A stretch of 64,000 nt of DNA from Takakia lepidozioides (lineage: Eukaryota > Plantae > Bryophyta), in contig CM060734.1 of assembly GCA_030704615.1 (NCBI GenBank), positions 682,001-746,000 of the forward strand, given 5' to 3'. Below are positions 24,226 to 35,600 of the stretch, piece after piece; the stretch's first letter is position 1, and every line of letters starts with the position of its first letter. The position numbers and the translations under genes were made by a program. The notes beneath the pieces are model-generated. The model was not told where the DNA came from. It worked only from the letters and a program-made list of their open reading frames with translations, and searched no databases.

Positions 24226-27170
24226 TGGCAGGGGAGACAAAAAAACGCTAAGTCCCCTACTCATGACTTGATGGATGAATGTAGCGATAGATGGATGGAT
24301 TTTGGGTTTTCCATCAATACATCCATCCATTCATTTGTTTTTCCATTTTTGGCCATTTTAATTTCATCCATTCATCCAAAATGAATCTTTAAAGGGGGAT
24401 GCTAGTCCATGAGCGGCTCGCGTGAGCGGGAAGATGCGTGAGCGAGAAGATGCCGATCCGTGAGCATAAAGATGTTGATGCCAGAGGTTGTTGGGACCCA
24501 CATCCGCAGACGGTGATAACCAGGGGACCTATTCCCGTGGGAACGAGCGAAAATGTAATGCGTACCTGGATGTGCAGTTGGATGAACGCTGGATGAATGG
24601 TGGATGGATGAAAAATATTGGATGGATGGTGGATGGATGAGAAATTTTTAATGGATGGTGGATGGATATTGGTTGGATGTTACATGCATGATGGCTGAGT
24701 GTGGGGCGAATGATGGATGATATATGCTGGAACACTGGATGAATGACGGAGTGACAAATTTGGAATGGTACAATTTCGGACAGTTGATGGATGGACTTAT
24801 GTTTTGGATGCATGAACAATATACGTACGTATGTGTAAAGACTGGAAGTATTGTGGACCCACAGAGATTGTATGAATGGACTATGAAGAGGAAAAATTTA
24901 TGTCCAGAAAATGTCTTATGTAGACTATGTTTTGAAGGGAGGCACGCAGTTGAAGGAAGAGAAGCAATCTCCTCACAGTGGATTCCCTAGATATTCTCAA
25001 ACAGGTGGAACCAATCGGAAAATGTCTATGCACTGGAACTCGTGGTAGCACCGGACTCCGACGCACTAATGTCCATAAAGATCCTAGCCTTGTTGTCCAC
25101 ATTTTCTACACGATTGAATCAATCTAGAGGGGGAGAGTCGTAGAGAGTAAACTCCCTAGCGGCAGCCTCCGCATAGCATGGCAACTGTAGGGGGGCATCT
25201 GGGCTCGGAAAAAATTCCGGGTTAGCAAAGAAAGGGATGCTTTTCCTCGTTTCTGGTGTCATGCAAAGATTCCCAAAGTTGCAAGCCCAGTAAGCAGAAA
25301 GACAGGATTGCGGTTGTGACAAAAACGAAGGTCAGATATGAAAAATCTGACATGTCATCCAAAACAAACCGGACTTACGTACACTCAAAGTCGGAGTCCA
25401 CGTTGAGGTCTTCATCTGGAAGTTCCCGTTCGTCGAAAACTGTTTTCTTGTGTGGGGCCGATGCCGAGCCGGAGGTGAGTTGTTTAATCTCGCATGAAAA
25501 CAGCTCCGCATCCCCCTCCATGCCAAAGAAATGTCTACCGGCGCTCTTACAGGCATGGAATGTTGCACCTGCAAATGCACAGAACGAATGGTTAAAAAAC
25601 CAACCATCATTACAAAATTCAAGATCATAGATACGGCAGAGCAGGAGACTTGGCAGGGCAAACCTGTTCCCAAAGACAAATCCACCACCCGCCCCCCATG
25701 CCGGCTGCAAGTCTCCACCATAGTCTGCATGAATGCTGGAGATTTCTCCCGAGCACCTCTCCAAAGGACACCATTCGTCCTTTTGATGGTCCGCCCGGAG
25801 TCCACGTAATTGTACAGGACATCGTCCCGCACAAGCTCGCAGGTGGGGTCGATGTGTGCTGCAAGGTCTCTCAACTGGAACTCCGCAATACCGGGAGGGA
25901 GGGTGTCCTTTTGCATCCTCACCAAGCATAAAGCCTCGAACACCCGAGTCTGCATTGCCCCCCCAAAACACTCAGTTCTCGAACTTGTATAATGAACTGA
26001 GCAGAATGAAATTACCAGAAGAGGCAGTCCACCATTCTGAACTCACCCTCTGTCCTGGGAACTCTCCCTTGGAAAGTGGAAGAGTGTTGATACACGTCCA
26101 TGTTTTGATGACCTTAAATCCGGAAGCCTTCATATAACTGAAAAGGGTTTTGCGCACCAGCATGTCTTTTGACTGCAAAAGAAGAAGTGCTCCTGCATCA
26201 GACAAAAATTTGTTGTTGAAGGAAAAAACCCACTGCCAGAAGAGGGCATCTGACTTGTTCCACAATGGCGTTGTGTTCGATGGGAGGACATCCGGCACAG
26301 GCAGACCATCTGGAATGTCCAGCACCACCAGGTCTGTTGCGTACGCTTGCTGGCTTCCATTCACCCATTCAGGTCTTTTGGTGACCTGTTCCACATAACA
26401 AAAACAGTGGAATAGTTAGGAGCACAACACAATCTTGAACAAAGTAAAAAATACACCAAACAAAGTTTTGTGTGGGCACCTTTGTGAGGAAAGAAACCAG
26501 GATGTCCCAAGTTTTGGATCTATCTCCTTTGAATGTGGATTTTCTAGATTCCATCATTGCCAAGAAGCTCTCGTTAATCACCTCACTTTCATACTGACCC
26601 AAAACCCAAGAAGGGTGCTCTCTGGCCTCGTAAGGCTGTTCCTTAGTTTTTGGAGTTCTCCTGTCCTTGCGAGTTGGAGAGGGCTGACGCTCCGTGGTGT
26701 CCTGCACAACCTGTTCCTGCCCAGCCACAATCTTCCCCTTACCCTTCCCATCACCTGCGCCCTTCCCTTTCCGTTTGGGAGTGCTACTTTTCTCCGGCTC
26801 CTTTGTTGCGAGGGTTTGAATTATTCTCTCCTGAATTTCCTTGTCACTGAGTGGTGCAAGAGCTGCTGCATTGTCATCGAAGTTGCGCATGACCACCTCC
26901 TCGAACGGTGTGTCCTGTTTCGGCAAGTCCAGGTACCAGCCACAGTCTCTGAAGTGCGCCCTGCCCCAGTCCTTCGCGATTACCGCAGTGTACATTGTCT
27001 TGTCCTTAGTAGGTCCACCCACATGAAAATGAAATCCAGCTCATCACTGAGGTACTTGCCGGGAATGAGGACATGGTATATGTACCTGGAGAACACACCC
27101 AAATGAACAATTTAGTAAAGGCCATTGTCCAGCAGACACATAGAAGGTGGAAAAACAAAGTACCTCGATC

Positions 27171-27615
27171 AACCTTGCGTTGACGCAAGGTTGTTTGAGG
27201 CATCCCCACGAATTGCCAAAACCAGTAATGAAAACACAAAATTTGACAATTACGAGCATTGTACAACCTTGCGTCAACTCAAGGCTGGACAATGCATTGA
27301 AGTTTAACTTAAATCTGCAGCTAAAATCAAGCCTCAAACAACCTTGCGTTAACGCAAGATTGAAATGAGTCTGTAAAATGAATATTGAGAGGCAGAATTT
27401 GAAACGAAGAGACAGTGGAGAAGAAGAGAATGAACGGAAAATATACTTCTACGTGTAGACAAATTTCAAAAAATACTGTTCTGCAGGACCTACATCCAAC
27501 CTTGCGTCAACACAAGGTTGGAACATGCCTGGAGAAGTAGCATATAACAAAACGGAAATATGTTCATGAAGTGCAGAACCACCAGCCCGAATCAACCTTG
27601 CGTTGACGCAATGTT
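27171..27615. repeat. Intronic array of five 22-bp palindromes AACCTTGCGT(TG/CA)ACGCAAGGTT
   Basis: Copies start at 27171, 27265, 27340, 27498 and 27594. Confidence 0.95.
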
Positions 27616-29111
27616 AAATTGTGACTGGAAAAGGAACGGCAGACGATCAGAGTAGCCTCACATTGGCAGTCCCAAACCATGCCTTGCAACAACATAAGAT
27701 TGATTTGATGAGGAAAAACGGAACCACGAAAAGAATAAATGAAGAAACATGATACCTGTACAAGACTCGCTTCATAGCTTGCTCGCTATTGTACTGATTC
27801 TTGAACTCATTTGACCTGGAAATGCCTTTGTCTCTTTCAAACTCCCTGAAGAAACAGTTGTTCCATATAGCACCTTTCCATCTCCGAATGTATTGCTCAA
27901 GAGAGATTCTGGGTGTTGTCATGGTGATTTTGTAGTCAGTCAAGGACTCTCCCAGTGCTGAAATAGCACGCTTCTCCAGCTGTTCCAACAAGGCAAATGT
28001 AAGGCTCTGGAGCCAAGCAACACAGAATCATGAAAAAATGGGGACTGCAAGAATGAATGTTAGTTTCTCTCACCTGGCTCCAGAATGTAGCTTTGTGAAA
28101 CCATTGGTCGAAAGAGTGGTTGCTCACCACTTTTATCACATTGGTTTTGGGGTCTTTCTCTGTTCTTGGAAACCCATACGTGTCCTTCACCAGAGGATCC
28201 AAGTTCCAAATCTCCAACCATCTGATTTTGGTTGCGGTGTCCACCATTGAAATGGACAGGCGATGAAGTTTCTCTTGTGTCATTTCAGGTTTAGTTCCAT
28301 ACTTGTTAAGAAGAAAACAACCACAAACACAACAATGCAATCACACAATGCACAACAATTTCGGAAAACTTACTTGTTGATGTCGTGCATGGCAGTGAGC
28401 AGCTGTGCGATTCGTCCTTTGTGATCCAGGACCATAAAATGAACGCTCCAGTGCCAATCCTTTTCATCAGAGTGCAATTCAGATATGTAGTCCATCCAGG
28501 CAAGCAACCGGTGATTGCCATCCCATACAAAAAACATCTTCCGCATGAAAACTTTCGTGGAAGCCTTCTTGGACAATTTGGCCTCGAACTCCCTGTTACC
28601 TTCACGCCAACATGCATCCCAACCTTCCTATATCTCTTCTGATACATGGCACTCTTCGCCCTTTGTGTCAGTGGTGGAAACATAGAACACCGCAGAACCC
28701 TTCACATACCCATGCACAAAATCATTTTTGAGTTTCATTATGTCGTTTGCTGGCCGGACAGCAGGCATCAATATCATTCTGCATCATTCGATATCATCAT
28801 TAAGGATGTCTCCACTAGGAATTTCCATGGTCAGGATTACCTTCGAAGAGTTCACCTTCTGTCCCCCGATAACAGCCTCTGCTCTGTCTGCGTAATGCTC
28901 ATCATCACCTTCTTCATCATCTTCATACTCTGCCTCTGCTCCGTCTCTGGCAGGTTCTTTCCTTTTCCTTTTCATTTTCCTTTGTAAAAAAACGGAAGAT
29001 CTATCTGTCATGAAGTCTAGTATTGAACACAATTACAGATAAACATGCAGTTGCACGGCCCAAAACAGCCTTGCTACAAATCGAAATGACCCTTCATTTG
29101 CAGCCCAAATC

Positions 29112-30017
29112 AACCTTGCGTTGACGCAAGGTTGTTTGTGGGGCTTGCAACAATGGGAATGGAGTCCAATACAGACTTCGCCAGGACTCAAGACACAAGA
29201 CATATAACTGCAGCCCAAATCAACCTTGCGTTGACGCAAGGTTGTTTCTGGGGCTTGCAACAATGGGAATGGAGTCCAATACAGACTTCGCTAGGACTCA
29301 TGACACAGGACACAGAACTGCAGCCCAAATCAACCTTGCGTTGACGCAAGGTTGTTTCTGGGGCATGCACCTGGGGGATTGAAGGAAAAAACCAACATTG
29401 GCAAGACTCTCAAACTACCTTGCATCAACGCAACGTTGTTTGATGAGCTTTAGCAGTTCTAAAAAACCCTGCAGAATGACACCGGACTGCAGCCCAAATC
29501 AACCTTGCGTTGACGCAAGGTTGTTTCTGGGGCTGGCAGTTTTGGGAGTGAAGGCAAAAGGAGACATTGGCTGTACTCTCAAACAACCTTGCGTCAACGC
29601 AAGATTGTTTGGTGAGCTTGAACCGTTCAAAAAAACCCTTCAGAAGGGCACAGGCCTGTAGACCAAATCAACCTTGCGTTGACGCAAGGTTGATTGTGGG
29701 ATTTGCAACGGTGGGATCACAGACAGTGAATGGGAAAAACAGACATAAACAGTATACTCCAAAACCTTGCGTCAACGCAAGGTTGTTCTGTGAGATTCAA
29801 ACTTCAAAAGAAAGGAGAACCAGGCCACTCAATTCGGGTCGAAATCAATCATTCAAAGGACAATGTTCATTTCGGATGTCTGTGTCTGTCACCTGAATCA
29901 ACCTTGCGCTGACGCAATGTTGATTAAGGTTTTCTTAAAAGAAACATCTTCTTGTCCATCAGTAAATATTCGGGCATTCCAGCTACCAGCAAATCACCCT
30001 TGCGTTGACGCAAGGTT
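29112..30017. repeat. Intronic array of ten copies of the same 22-bp palindrome
   Basis: Copies start at 29112, 29222, 29332, 29416, 29501, 29585, 29670, 29763, 29900 and 29996; first three in a 110-bp tandem unit, the rest about 84-137 bp apart. Confidence 0.95.
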
Positions 30018-30659
30018 GATTGTGATCTATCACACAGACTGCAAACTCTTATGTGGCAAATGGAATGTCACACATACCTCGGCTTGCTTCTTCGGACCGC
30101 TCGAAGACGCACCTCCCGTCTAGCTCGTCTCCTTCAATTCGTGTGGGAGGACAGGTCCCAGAAGATCAGGCTGGTGGGTGACAAAACCACGCACTTCAAG
30201 CTCTGGTGTCTCTTCCATTAGGCGAACTACCTGGGACTGTTGTCTGAGGCGGGTCTTGGGTTCCTCCTCTCCGTCCTCAAAATATTGAAGCTCGTTGGGC
30301 TCCTCCTACACAGCGGCTAAACCCTCTGGAGATGGCCGCACAACTGCTCCTCCGGCCTCTCCCTCTCCAGCCTCTGCCTCCCCCTCTCCTCCGGCCTCTC
30401 CCACCCCGGTGTCCTCCCCCAACATGAGTTCCCTTCGGATCTTCTTCATTCTCTCCTTCGCTCGCAACCTATGTTTGCTGGATGTGAAGTTAGAGTCCGG
30501 CAGCGCCTTCTTCTGGCTCAAAAGGGAATCTCACTATCGACAGGATCTAGGATTGTAGCTAGGGAGGGAAAAAATGTTGCGAGAAAGAGGGAGTTCACTT
30601 GCCTCTCCCGCCCCTACTGCGCCAAGATGCCAGCTTCGTGGAGAAGCGGCGGGGTTGCA

Positions 30660-31177
30660 TGGAGCATCTGCATGCAAGCCACGTCGTCTCTGAACGGTCA
30701 ATAGTCGCGCTAAAATAAGGTTGTTTCAAAACAGACGTACGAGCCTAGGGGAATTTTTGGTTGTCGCTTCGGTGGTGGTGTCTTCTCCACGTCCTCTGCT
30801 CATTCAAAACAAATAAAGGAAAACAAGTAGAACAATTTCATCCTAACTGCTTTTCATCTTCAGTTATGACACATCACATCTTAAGATAGAATGAACGGGT
30901 GGCTGGACAGCTGGTGTCTGAAAAAAACCGTTGGATACAGGCAGTTAATAATTACATAGGATACCTTGTCAGATGGGTAATGTGGATGGATGAGGATAGA
31001 TGGCCTAGTGCAAAGTGGAATGAAACCGCTCATCCAGCTAGCCGTGCATCGGCAGTGACATTCCAGTATGGGCGCTTCGATCATGTTGTTTGATGCTATC
31101 CCCAGACGTACAACACGTTGCTCCAGTGCTGGCACACTTTGTTGGACACTGTTCCCGTACTCTTCTCTGCTTTACGA
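30660..31177. promoter_or_regulatory. Probable bidirectional promoter region between cargo gene and transposase
   Basis: About 0.5 kb between the inferred 5-prime ends of two divergently oriented genes; positional inference only. Confidence 0.35.
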
Positions 31178-32281
31178 ATGGCTCTCACAGGAGAGTTGGT
31201 AAAATTCTACTGTCCTTACAAATCGCTCCCCCTCACCAAAGTGCCAGACGCCAATGGGATGGCAACCGTGGGAGAGGATGTCCTCTATAGAAGCTTGGAT
31301 CTGCAAGTTGGAACTGTGCATGTGGAGAAAGAAGTGCACGACTCCACCGGTAGGGTCGTCAGTATGATGATTTTGGAGCCATTCGTGTGCGATGACCATA
31401 TTAGACAATGGAGAGTTCCAGCAGGCACTTACCGCATGCACGGGGATCAGCGACGTTTGTCTGCAGGTTCTACACTCACACCAGGAACTGCCGCTTTGGT
31501 AGCTCCGGCCTTCACACCTGCTACAATAAAAAAAAAAAAACACCAGCACATCGATGGCTTTTGTTGATCTCTCGGAAAGCTCCGGTGACGACGACATCTC
31601 TGAGATTCCACCACCTCCAACACATCTATCTTCTGTCGAAGAACCAGATTTGCAGGAAATAGGCAGTGTCGTTCCAAAGTTGTAGTCTATGAAAGGGTTG
31701 CCAAACTGCAAAAGTGACGTGCGTGGAATTGCATGGGGGACAATAAATATTGTAAGAGCAAAATACCTTCACGCAGAATTTGATGGAGATGTGGTTTTTG
31801 AGCTGCCACCTCCGACGTCCTGTGGAGGTTTGGGAGGACTCATGCAAGGGATGGACAAGAAGCACGACGGACACCCTTGGTGTCGAACTAAGACAACCAA
31901 CATACATAACCCTCATGGCTTGTCTTTCCGTAGATCAATCTGCGTTGGGCACCTACATTGTGGAAATGAAGCCTGCAACTGTTTGGCATTGAGAGGCTCC
32001 CCAAACGAGACGGAGTGGGAGGATTGCGCGGATAACCCATTCGAGGTTGGGTGCCCACCTCCTAAAAACACAACATTGCTCTGCAAATATTACAAAACGG
32101 CTCCAACATGCATTGGCACATGCAAGGCCCGCATGTACTATGTGCTCCATCGTTTTCGCGGCCTTACCCGAGCTTGTGTTCATCTCGGCAATCATACCCA
32201 CCCCGTATCGAAAGGGGATTGTCGAGAAAGTCTTGAAACAATTCGGGGACTTCTACGGCGCGAGGTGGAGAATGCCCCTTA
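31178..32281 (+). pseudogene. MULE-type transposase, N-terminal part with GCM/WRKY-like zinc domain
   Basis: DGHPWCRTKTTN...RRSICVGHLHCGNEAC...CIGTCKARMYY...CVHLGNHTHP resembles the GCM1 pattern (W...C-x-G-x3-C...C...G-x-H-x-HP); frameshift at poly-A 31528-31540; cut by chromovirus copy 2. Confidence 0.65.
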
Positions 32282-32628
32282 TAACCCCGAGAACGATGCA
32301 AGCCCGTTGGTGACCAAAAACTAGTGAGTAAGCGAGCGAGCCGGAAAGCGACCAAGGAGTGGGGAGCTATTTCGGACTGCCATCTACCAAAGGGAATTTC
32401 CACTAGGGCCAAATTGGTGGAGGGTCTGTTGGGGGAAGAAAGGGGGACCGTTATGTCCCGGTGAGCAGCCGAAGCTCCGAGTTGGCCCGGCGGCCAGGTT
32501 GGGAGTTAGGTGCGCGCATCAAAGCGAGTAACTATGACTTGAAGGGGAGCTTACCGAAGTGAGGTGCGTGACACTTGGTATCAGAGCTTAGAGTTCAGTA
32601 CGCGATTGTCCTTGGGATCGGCCTCATC

Positions 32629-35600
32629 ATGGGGTCGGGCAAGCCAAAGCGAAAGCGGAACGGCCCGAAAGATGATAATCCTGGTGAGCCCGATGGGGGC
32701 GACGTGTCACCGATGCGCCATTTGAGGAAGCGATGCATGCTTTTGAAAATGAGGCCACTCAAGAACGGGAGGAATCTGAGGAGTCGGAGCCCGAGGAATC
32801 TCTGAGAGCTCCGACAGACCAACAGATGCCTCCCATGCCAACAGCCTTTTGGGAAGGGTTGTGGGCGCAGATTTGCGGGATGTTGAAAGACGTGTTGAAG
32901 GCGGCTAATGCCACTTCCACTAAGACAAAGTTTAAAGTAAGGCCTAAGGAGCCCGGCACCTTCGAGGGCGTCCAAAATCGGAAGGCACTCAACACCTGGC
33001 TCTTGGAGCTAGAGCAGTAATTCCGGGCGGCCAAGTTGAGTGACGAGGATCGGGTGGAAGTGGCTCCCACCTATTTGAGGGGCTATGCTTAACAATGGTG
33101 GTAGAAACGCCTTCACGACCGAGGTCCAAACCCGGAAACCTTGAACTGGAGTGGGTTCAAGGAACTGATGAAGAGACAGTTTGTGCCCCTCAACGCGTCC
33201 TGGCTCACCCGGGACAAGATGAGGAATCTGAAGCAAACGGATGACATTCGGGGATATGTTCAGGCTTTCAATGTGCTGTTGCTCGAAGTCGCAGACATGG
33301 CAGAACCAGAAATGGTCTTCAACTTTGTGGCGGGACTGGCCCCATGGGCCAGGCGGAAGTTGGAGGAAAAGCCACCCAAGACTTTGAACGAGGCAATTGA
33401 GAGGGCTGAATGTTTCTCGGATGTCCCTAGGGGCGAAAGACAAGGCCGCACGGAGCTGAACCACAAGAAGACCCGGAGGGAGGGTGACTCCTTTCGACCG
33501 GAAAAGAAGTGGGATAGGCCACGCGGCGACAATGGCACGTGGAAATTGAAGGGAGGGCCTTCACACGCCAAGACGACACCCGGTGCTCCGAAAGGAAAAT
33601 CAGGTGCGACGCCTTATGGCGGACAAAATGTGACCTTCGATGGAGTGTGCTTCAATTGTGGGGAGCCCGGGCACATGGCCAAGAAGTGTACAAATCCCCG
33701 ACAATTGAACATGACTCGGGTAACCACGGAGTTGTCCGAAGCTTCCATCAGCCGCTTGGTGGAGGCGATGGTCGCCAAGACTTGCAAGGTAGGCAACTAC
33801 TCTTGTGAGTTGTATCAGGAAACTGGCGCCTTGCAAAAAGGGAGTCAGTTAATGTTTGTGAGTGGGATAATCTCCGGAACTAACGTGTCGTTGTTGGTGG
33901 TCACAGGAGCGTCACACTCCTTCATGACACCGGCAACGGCACGGAAGCTGGGACTCCCAACAAGTGATGTGGGGGCCTCTATCGAGGTGCGTTCTGCTAA
34001 AGGAGAACCACAATTGGCGACGAGGTTGGCGTTCGATGTTCCTCTTCAGCTCGGGAGTTGGGAGGGACGTGAGAACTTCACCATTTGTGAGATCGATGGA
34101 GTGGATCTTATTTTGGGGATGACCTTTTTGAGCAGATCCGGAGCGGTCATAGATGGCCGCAAGAGAGTGGTCACGCTACCGTGTGGGAATGGTGGCAAAG
34201 TTTTACGAGTGTCGGAAACGCCCAACCCCGTGGGAGGGCGAATAAACCTTCTGTCAACAAGGGAGTGGGCCGTGGATGAGTCACACGAGCCCCAGTTTTT
34301 GCTTTATGTAAGACAAGTGAAGGGAGAAGGCGATGGGGAGCCGAGCCTAGATTGGATCAAGGGGATTTTGGAGAAATACCAGGATGTGATGCCGGAGGAT
34401 TTACCAAGCGGCTTGCCACCGCGAAGGGGAGTTGACCACAAGATTGAGGTGATACCGGGATCGGAGCCGCCTGCCAAGGCGCCCTACCAGTTGAGCCACA
34501 GAGAATTGGTTGAGCTGAAGACTCAGCTCAAGGATCTAATGTCAAAGGGGTACATCCGACCGAGTAAGTCACCTTACGGAGCCCCGGTGCTATTCGCAGA
34601 CAAGAAGGATGGGACGCTACGGATGTGTGTCGATTACATGGCCCTGAATAAGGTGACTATCAAGAACCGGTACCCTTTGCCAAGGATTGACGACCTCTTC
34701 GATCGGTTGGCAGGAGCGAAGTATTTCAGCCGGATCGATTTGCGCTCCGGGTATCATCAGATCCGAGTGGCGGAAGGAGATGAGGAAAAGACCGCGTGCA
34801 GGACAAGATATGGTTCGTATGAGTTCTTGGTGATGCCTTTTGGGCTCACCAACGCACCCGCGACCTTTAGCACACTAATGAACAGCCTTTTCCAGGAGTG
34901 GTTGGATGACTTTGTGATCGTATACATCGACGACATACTGGTATACTCGAAAACAAAGGAAGAGCACCTGGAGCACCTCAAAAGGGTGTTCTAGAAATCG
35001 CGGGAAGGGAAGCTGTATGCCAAAGCTTCAAAGTATGAATTCGGGGTCACAAAAGTGGAGTTCCTGGGGCATGTGATTACACAGGATGGGATCAAAATGG
35101 ATGACAGAAAGGTGAGGGCGATCTTGGACTGGGAGCCTCCGACTTCGGTCCCGGGAGTGCGATCCTTCCTAGGACTCGCCTCCTATTACCGGAAGTATGT
35201 GAGAAATTTCGCCAAGATCGCGGGGCAGCTCCTTTTGTGGTCAAGCTTTTGCCGAGTTGAAGCAGCGGATGGCGGAAGCTCAAGTCCTCAAAATCCCGGA
35301 GTTCGACCGTCCATTTGAGATTCATATGGATGCGTCGGACTTCACTATAGGGGGTGTACTCATGCAGGATGGACGTCCAGTGGCTTACAAAAGTAAGAAA
35401 CTGAATGAAGTAGAGTGACGGTGGCTACGCATGAGAAGGAAATGAAGGCGGTGGTGCATTGCCTTGAGCTTTGGCGCCACTATGTTGGTTCCAACCCGGT
35501 GAAGGTGTTCACGGATAATGTCACGGTGAAGTATTTTGCCTTGCAGCCTAAGTTGTCCCCAAAATAACTTAGGTGGCAAGATACTTTGGCGGTCTTCGAC

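Larger units (their letters stand above)
25375..30533 (-). pseudogene. Multi-exon gene: ParB/Srx-like domain plus beta-class (N6_N4_Mtase-like) DNA methyltransferase; disrupted
   Basis: Exons about 30078-30533, 28374-28980, 28074-28301, 27756-27990, 26480-27085, 26047-26385, 25664-25949 and 25375-25568. ParB-like VRP...FFVWDGNHRLLAW. Motif IV-like DLVVLDIPD and FLSDAGALLL lie before EKSPAFMQTMVETCSRHGGRVVDLSLGTG|ATFHACKSAGRHFFGMEGDAELF (motifs X-I-II, formed by in-frame splicing). Several stops, at least one frameshift and two AG>AA acceptors. Confidence 0.8.

Noticed and set aside
29112-30017. CRISPR array
   Set aside because: Spacers are related to one another by tandem duplication, repeat orientation alternates, the array is intronic in eukaryotic DNA, and no cas genes are visible.
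25375-30533. Bacterial contamination as the source of the methyltransferase
   Set aside because: The gene has spliceosomal introns, one splitting the SAM-binding motif in frame, and is embedded among plant retroelements.
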